A stretch of 57,275 nt of DNA from Nemertoderma westbladi. Its lineage: Eukaryota; Animalia; Xenacoelomorpha. The notes under the pieces are model-generated. The model had not been told where the DNA came from and did no database searches. It was given only the letters and a program-made list of their open reading frames with translations. Shown in pieces: positions 52,501 through 57,275 of the stretch. Positions within the stretch are counted from its first letter, which is position 1. The number at the start of each line of letters is the position of its first letter. The translations under genes and the position numbers were made by a program. The stretch covers positions 1 through 57,275 of the forward strand of contig JAUCBJ010002023.1 in assembly GCA_032718475.1 (NCBI GenBank), read 5' to 3'.

Positions 52501-53792
52501 TCACTCTCCTCTGCAATAATTAGCGGCATATTTTCTAACTTTGCCACATTTGTACCTGGGAATTCAACCACAACGTAAATGACTCCCTTGATCCTGGCAG
52601 TTCCTTTGCAGTATCCACGTAACTTTGAAGGACAATCATGTAATTGTATATCTTGGAACTGTTCATCGTATTTGTTGTATGGTAATATGCTATGCTTAGC
52701 GCCAGGATCGAATTCCATTTGTATTTTCTTATTATTTATAAGAATATCTAGTTGAATCGAATTGACTTTGGGTAAAGTCACTGTATTAATCTCAACTTCA
52801 TTGCCTAAATCCTGTAAAATATCTGTATGTTTCATGAATAAATCGTCATTGTACTCTCCTTCATCTATGTCAACCATTCCAACTGAGCCTCTTTCACTGT
52901 TTGGCTTAAACTGATTAGATCTGGTTGCATTACGTTTTTTAAAACATGCCGTTTCAACGTGTCCCTTAGCTTTGCAATATCGGCATATGATATGTTCTGG
53001 CATTCTGCATTCTGTAATTTTATGGCCTTGTTTTCCACAACGGTAGCAAGTAATCTGCCTACTTTGACTAACCTGCCGTGGTTGTGAAGTATATGAATTT
53101 GAACTACCTCTGCTAGTTCCTCCATGGTATCCTCCACGACCCCGGCTGTTTCCAAACCGACCACGATTGGAGGATCCTTGGTCTCTCTGACTTGTATTAA
53201 CACGTTGTATCTCAATCTCTGATTTGTTTCTATCATATGCTATGTTGCGAGCTTCCTCAAAGCTAATTGCCGTATTTAGCGCTTCAGGGAATGTATCTTC
53301 CTGCTTTTGTATCAATTCGGTTGCAACATGATTATCTATTAAACCAGCAGTCAGCTGTTCTCGTAATTGGCCATCCAAATCTGTAAATTGACAATCTCTG
53401 GCAAGGTTACGCAATCTTTTTGCATAATCTGTAATGCTTTCCTCTTTTTGCTGTGTACACAGTCTGAATTTTCTCCTTGCTGCTTCCTTGGACTTGCCTT
53501 TGCGATAGTAAGTTGTAATGGTATCCAACAATGTATCAATTGGATCCTTTGCAATATCTGCTGGATATCGTAAATCATTCAGCAGATCTAATGTTGCTAA
53601 ACCGCAGTTCGAAATGAATATATCTGTCTTGGCTTGTTCTTCTTCTAATGCTGTCATTGCTGTATTGTCCGGTTTCACCCAGTTTGTAGTTCTGAGAATC
53701 GTACGGAACATAACCAAGTATGTCTCCCACCGGTCTTTCTCAGGGTTAAAAGGAGCACAAACGTTACTGTATTTAACGCCTCTGTAAGCCAT
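49509..53792 (-). CDS. Gag-Pol polyprotein (Gag with two CCHC knuckles, protease, RT, RNase H, integrase), 1427 aa
   Basis: Knuckles CYRCGKQGHKITEC and CRYCKAKGHVETAC; protease FDPGA; RT VRICGDYK, KLDMAQAYNQ and YMDE; RNase H DAS, DREALA and ADALSR; integrase HHCC, IHTD, SDNGPQF and SNGAAER. The PR-RT-RH-IN order is Gypsy. Confidence 0.97.
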   Translation of the reverse strand: MAYRGVKYSNVCAPFNPEKDRWETYLVMFRTILRTTNWVKPDNTAMTALEEEQAKTDIFISNCGLATLDLLNDLRYPADIAKDPIDTLLDTITTYYRKGKSKEAARRKFRLCTQQKEESITDYAKRLRNLARDCQFTDLDGQLREQLTAGLIDNHVATELIQKQEDTFPEALNTAISFEEARNIAYDRNKSEIEIQRVNTSQRDQGSSNRGRFGNSRGRGGYHGGTSRGSSNSYTSQPRQVSQSRQITCYRCGKQGHKITECRMPEHIICRYCKAKGHVETACFKKRNATRSNQFKPNSERGSVGMVDIDEGEYNDDLFMKHTDILQDLGNEVEINTVTLPKVNSIQLDILINNKKIQMEFDPGAKHSILPYNKYDEQFQDIQLHDCPSKLRGYCKGTARIKGVIYVVVEFPGTNVAKLENMPLIIAEESETENSPLFGLYWLQHLVHRGTSIDELLQQDIKIQNTQLDTKDLPYRLQTMLQEFTEVLTGVGCYKGEPLQIRIKTSNTNPKFLHSRSVPHAYKDKVIEQLKIDIKEGRLVHTDEGENIDWATPLVIMPKNDGSVRICGDYKSTVNQYLIEDYFPLMSQEEMSAKLQGKTIFTKLDMAQAYNQLPIDKESQALLTLATPLGLLKPTRLPYGITPAAAKCLKVVHCTLSKYISVSYMDEFLIASNNMEEHLRDLQTVFTALREAGLTIGMKKCSFVKSEVEFCGHIITSKGFLPDPKKVQAVRDMKPPSTKKELQSALGFMNYLRKYVHKYAEISNPLYKLLQKDTPFEWSKEANNAYNNVKEAISNCTLLVHFNPSLKTELITDASEKAVSAILGQINEKSEFTPVAFASATLDTHQRKYSQLDREALAIMFGTRKFQQFLIGHKFTIVTDNRPLKRIFGPLKALPATTVSRLQHWAVELAAHNYAVTAISSEENIADALSRLTPATKDNIYKDKSDIDIRAMDLQQEQNIVDIPLTKQGLQDATEADPGLCHLKRTVEYGEKIQTNNPELRHYKAIEFELTIKEGIIMRGNRIIIPSSLQAHVMKELHSAHIGERRMLTKAADICWWPGIVDDIKLFIKECTPCQQFANSPPQEYVSLPTAKAAFERIHTDLADFEEHTILGMVDTYSGWKDARVLKNAKSSTIITEMKNMFAFTGIPAIIFSDNGPQFISTEIESFFTDNGITHWSSAFYSPTSNGAAERTVQSIKNSMKKQKFSIENDTIQDKISNFLMQDRNSLYTPRGKTPNESIFQYPTKTRLERLLEYPVTSNKSDETSGKFEIGEAVWIKNYSRPGRGQIIVKWLPGRIIKRIGSRVYMVKVGDILVKRNVNQIRSRYNPWNDKEGTTSITNSNPTTTMSRHAGAGPSVGSGKRVPTGGLPLATGRGDIMEPTQGSTQEGTSVDPISQGQSQYPATREPGQTQGQGQVIKTLRSGKQYTV

Positions 53793-54096
53793 TGTAATTT
53801 GTTGGCTAACTGTATTATTGTTGTATTGCTGAAATTCTATTAGTAACTTGCTGAGGCTGACTGTAGCGTAGCCTGCAGACTGTCAACTGTATAGTATTGC
53901 ACTGTATTGTACAACTGTAGCTGTACTACCGGTACTGTAGACTGTAGGTAGGTAGGAGTGTAGGCCTACCGGTTTCCGGTCCGGTTAGACGGTACAGTTC
54001 AATCTTTGCCGTTTCATCTTCTGTATTGAAGAACACCAACGCATTATAATTAAATGTACATAAGGTATAATTAAATTAATAATTGAGTTTATATTT

Positions 54097-54108
54097 ATCG
54101 CAGCGCCA
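54097..54108 (-). other. Primer-binding site
   Basis: TGGCGCTGCGAT begins 3 nt after the 5' LTR. A Ser-type tRNA primer is plausible but unverified. Confidence 0.75.
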
Positions 54109-54111
54109 ATT

Positions 54112-54333
54112 TGTTAGGCGACCGTGTAGTGGTCGGTAACAATGTTCAGTAGGCCACTGTCTGTACGTGACAGCAATGTAGGCCTGTCTGTCTGTGGTGT
54201 AAGAAACAAGATGTATGACATACGACAGTCTGTACTTCTATTCTGACAGTCTAACTATAATCATATTACACAGTAAGCTGCATGGTACAAAGGTGCTATA
54301 TTATGTTAGGTCCTCATTCCTAGTATCCTAACA
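54112..54333 (-). repeat. 5' LTR
   Basis: TG...CA termini, adjacent to the PBS. Confidence 0.97.
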
Positions 54334-54379
54334 AATTCCTTTTAGTTAGTAGCGTTAGTTACAGAGAGTGAGGGGGGGG

Positions 54380-54595
54380 GTTAAGGGAATACCGGGGAAA
54401 GTTCACATGCTGACATGGGCAGAAACTCCAGTATTCATTTAGCTACCATTTAAGGATGCAAGGCAGGCAGAGATGCCTCGCTAAACTCTTCAAAGCATTC
54501 GTGACGAAACAAAATCTACCTTAGCCCCCATGCCGGGATTGAACCCACAACCTCCGTGAGATGTGAATTCAATATAACCACTACACCAAGCTGCC
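54380..54595 (-). mobile_element. tRNA-derived SINE (3' boundary approximate)
   Basis: Minus strand GGCAGCTTGGTGTAGTGGTT (A box) and GGGTTCAATCCCGG (B box), followed by a non-tRNA body. Confidence 0.7.
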
Positions 54596-54683
54596 AAGGT
54601 GGGCTCTGAATCAAGGTGGAACAAGTGTCAGATACCGTCAGATCAGATCAGATCAGATAAGGACAGACGTTTTAGCCATCCTA

Positions 54684-55415
54684 GGATTAGGCCTCACATA
54701 GAGAAACTACTGCGTAAGAGCCAAAACGGATTTCGACCAAGTAGATCAACAATAGCTCAGATACTGTACTTGCACTACGGAGACTGATTGGAGGAATTAA
54801 GTCAAAGAATCTTCCCGCAGTCATGACTTTTATGGACTTCAAGAAGGCATTCGACTCCATCCATAGACAGATAGAGGTAAAATGCTTGAAATCCTAAGAG
54901 CTTATGGAATACCAGAAGTAATTGTTGATGGCATTGGATTGTTATATTGTGACACACAGTACACAGAAGCGCAGGTACTCTCACCAGATGGTGAAACTGA
55001 GTTTTTCTCAATCCTGACTGGCGTACTGCAAGGTGACACATTAGCACCATTTACTATTTGTAATTATGCTGGATTACGCAATGAGGACGGCCACAAACGG
55101 TGAAGATCTGGGATTCACACTTCAAGAACGCAGAAGTAGTAGATATCTGGCTGTCTGGCAACTATAGTCACAGACACCGACTTTGCGGATGATATCGCCC
55201 TGCTAAGGAGGTTGGATTGCATATAAATGCTACCAAGACCGAATTCATGACCTTTTACAGCTTTAATGTTGATGGAAACTTGACAACCATTGATAATAAT
55301 CAACTAAGGAAGATCGACGACTTCCAGTACCATGGATCATGGATAGAGAGTAGCAAAAAGGACATAGAATGTAGAAGTTAGGAAAGCAAAGGCTTGGCAG
55401 CTTGGGTAGCTCTAT
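54684..55415 (+). mobile_element. Old degraded RTE LINE, 3' piece (continuation of 39285-40029)
   Basis: RIRPHIEKLLRKSQNGFR, DFKKAFDS, GVLQGDTLAPF, DTDFADDIALL and RKAKAWVAL, with frameshifting micro-insertions. Confidence 0.88.
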
Positions 55416-55430
55416 CAAAAAAGCTCTATA

Positions 55431-55705
55431 CAAAATGTTCTAGAACATTGTGTCTGTTGTGTATTTATTAATAGAATAAATGGCCTGTAGCGGAAGCAAA
55501 TACATGCAAAATTCGAATGCCCATATCTCAGCTATTTACCAACCAAATTCACATATTTTTACATATATTTGGAATCCTTGCACGGTCAGCTTTCCACTAG
55601 TAGACTAGTACCAACAAAGCTAAAGAATGAAAGAAAGACGTAGCTAAAGAATGAAAGCGAAAATAATAATTCTGGCTCACCCAGCCACCAGCAAGGAGGA
55701 GGGAG
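55431..55705 (-). repeat. Dispersed repeat family A, inverted copy
   Basis: Reverse complement of 1-296 with small insertions. Confidence 0.8.
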
Positions 55706-56220
55706 GAGAAAGTATCTCTGTTTCAAATTTCATGCAATCTCATTAAGATTTGTAGAAAAATTTGGGGGGGGGGGGAGGTACAGGTACCTGAATAACGACA
55801 CTATATTCCAGAACATGGTGTAGCGGTGTAGGCCTACTGTACTGCTGTATGCAGGTATGAAGATATACCGTACTGCCGTAGTCCTTTGCTTTGCTTTTTT
55901 TGCATATATATACAATTTAGGCCTACCCTACCGTACCTTCCACCTTCACCAAATTACTACTGTTGACTAGAAAAATGAAATCAATTAACTGATGAAATAG
56001 AAATGTAATTAAGGATTTAGGGCGGCCATGCTCTTTCATTCGTGCATTCAGGAATTATACAGCAGTACAGTACCCACTACCCAGTAAGCCGGCAGGGCCG
56101 GTTAGCGGAACTACTATCACTATTATACTACCACATACCAGTTACCTGGGCGGGATACAGGGCTGCAAGAATAAACAAGTCTGCTACCTACCTGCCTACT
56201 GCCAACACAACAACAGACAG

Positions 56221-56450
56221 GGGTGTAAACGCTACGCGGACAACCGTCAGCCGACAACCAACGCCGACAACCATTATTAAAGCTAATTAATGTTATTTAT
56301 TATTTGATGGAAAGGAACAGGTTACAGTACTGTAGAAGGTTATTCTAACCACAACAATAAACGAGAGTCACGAACTCAGTTTACATTTTCATATTTGCTG
56401 TTGTCGGCAGTGGTTGTCGGCTGTCGGTTGTCGGCGTAGCGTTTACACCC
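56221..56450. mobile_element. Mutator-like MITE, 230 bp
   Basis: TIR GGGTGTAAACGCTACGC with CCGACAACC subrepeats; TSD AACAGACAG / AACAGACGG (9 bp, one mismatch). Confidence 0.85.
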
Positions 56451-56459
56451 AACAGACGG

Positions 56460-56620
56460 GGGTGTTTGAAAAAGGTGGACTGGACACAGAAAACATGGAC
56501 AGTGGACAGACCAATCACGGGCGAGTTGCGTCACACAGCATGTCCACCCTTTTCAGCTTTGTTGTCCACCTTTTTCAAATTTGAAAAAGGTGGACTGGGT
56601 TGAGAAAGAACAGGTAATGA
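56460..56620. repeat. Adjacent MITE remnant with TTTGAAAAAGGTGGAC direct and inverted repeats
   Basis: The motif occurs at 56465, inverted at 56564-56579 and again at 56580; a partial shared core follows at 56602. Confidence 0.55.
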
Positions 56621-56869
56621 AATGATCAATCAGATTGATTTGCACATTATATTGTACTGTAGCAGCTTTTTAAGTTAATTAGTTTTTTAAGTTTTTAAGG
56701 ATTATTGTTATTATTATCCCATACAGTACTTACTGTGACCAACCGAAGTTGTCCAAGTAGAGTAGTTCAATAATATGGGCGAGCCACGAAGTCTGTGAGC
56801 TGACCCTTAGCATCAATATTTGCACGTTAATATTCTAACACATTACACGTTAATTAATAACTACTGTAT

Positions 56870-57013
56870 CTATTGTACGGTAAATATATGCTTTATTTAC
56901 TGTACCGTTTGTCCAGAGATCTGTTATTAAACTACCGAGCGCAGCGAGGTGGGTAAATAAGACAGATGGAGGCGCAAAAAGGTCAATAAAGTATTTTATT
57001 TATTGTACAATAG
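56870..57013. repeat. Palindromic MITE-like element with a central ACCGAGCGCAGCGAGGT motif
   Basis: CTATTGTAC...GTACAATAG ends and imperfect arm pairing. Confidence 0.55.
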
Positions 57014-57275
57014 GCCAGCCTATGTAGTTTTATTGTTAAAATCATGCTTATTATTATTATAATTACTGTTCTAAAAGAAATTGTTTAATAAATAAATTTT
57101 GTCAATATTGCACCAGTCGCGCCGCCGTTTTACTTCATTCTTATACAGTAGTGATTTGTTTGTAGCCATGGAAATCTGCCGTTGCAACGATTCTAAATAC
57201 TATGTAAGATAATTATTAGTTTCGTTCAAAAATATATTACTTAATATAAATATTAATATTGTATGTTTTCCCCCA

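Larger units (their letters stand above)
49135..54333 (-). mobile_element. Full-length Ty3/Gypsy LTR retrotransposon, Mag-like, 5199 bp
   Basis: Two identical 222-bp LTRs (TGTTAGG...CCTAACA), 5-bp TSD AATTC (49130-49134, 54334-54338), PBS, G-rich PPT-like tract at 49357-49368 and a single gag-pol ORF. Confidence 0.98.
40030..54683. mobile_element. Mutator-like non-autonomous element expanded to 14.65 kb by nested insertions; it splits the old RTE
   Basis: ~55-bp TIRs (TAAAACGTCTGTCCTTATCTGATCTGATCTGATCTGACGG and its reverse complement at 54628-54674). TSD GGATTAGGC at 40021-40029 and 54684-54692. The LINE protein resumes exactly across it (...KMILYRIR|PHIEKLLRKSQNGFR). Confidence 0.85.

Noticed and set aside
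33398-53787. Short antisense or alternative-frame ORFs over SMC3, the RTE and gag-pol
   Set aside because: Shadows of the real coding frames with no independent motifs.

Overview
AT-rich animal (probably invertebrate) genomic DNA; nothing here looks prokaryotic. Host genes: cohesin SMC3 on the minus strand (2 exons, 1213 aa, a single 165-nt intron); a 3-exon secreted, GPI-tailed Ly6/uPAR (three-finger)-like gene on the minus strand (180 aa); and a frameshifted signal-peptide/Ig-domain/GPI-tail gene on the plus strand. An 18-kb satellite of a 36-bp monomer with higher-order duplications fills 4.3-22.3 kb. The right third is a nested transposon pile: an old RTE LINE is split by a 14.6-kb Mutator-like element (9-bp TSD). 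That element holds a CAG-ended element with a 5-bp TSD, a CMC-like element, several MITEs, a young 5'-truncated RTE, a SINE and a full-length Mag-like Gypsy element with identical LTRs. The most unusual signal is a recurrent micro-insertion scar, a 5-bp duplication around CAG or CTG (21 exact cases listed, 3 of which restore a LINE reading frame when removed). It matches the footprint expected from excision of a CAG...CTG, 5-bp-TSD transposon like the one at 40637-48239. Several MITEs with unrelated TIRs also share one ~50-bp internal core. All calls were made by eye; superfamily assignments are inferences from termini and TSD lengths.
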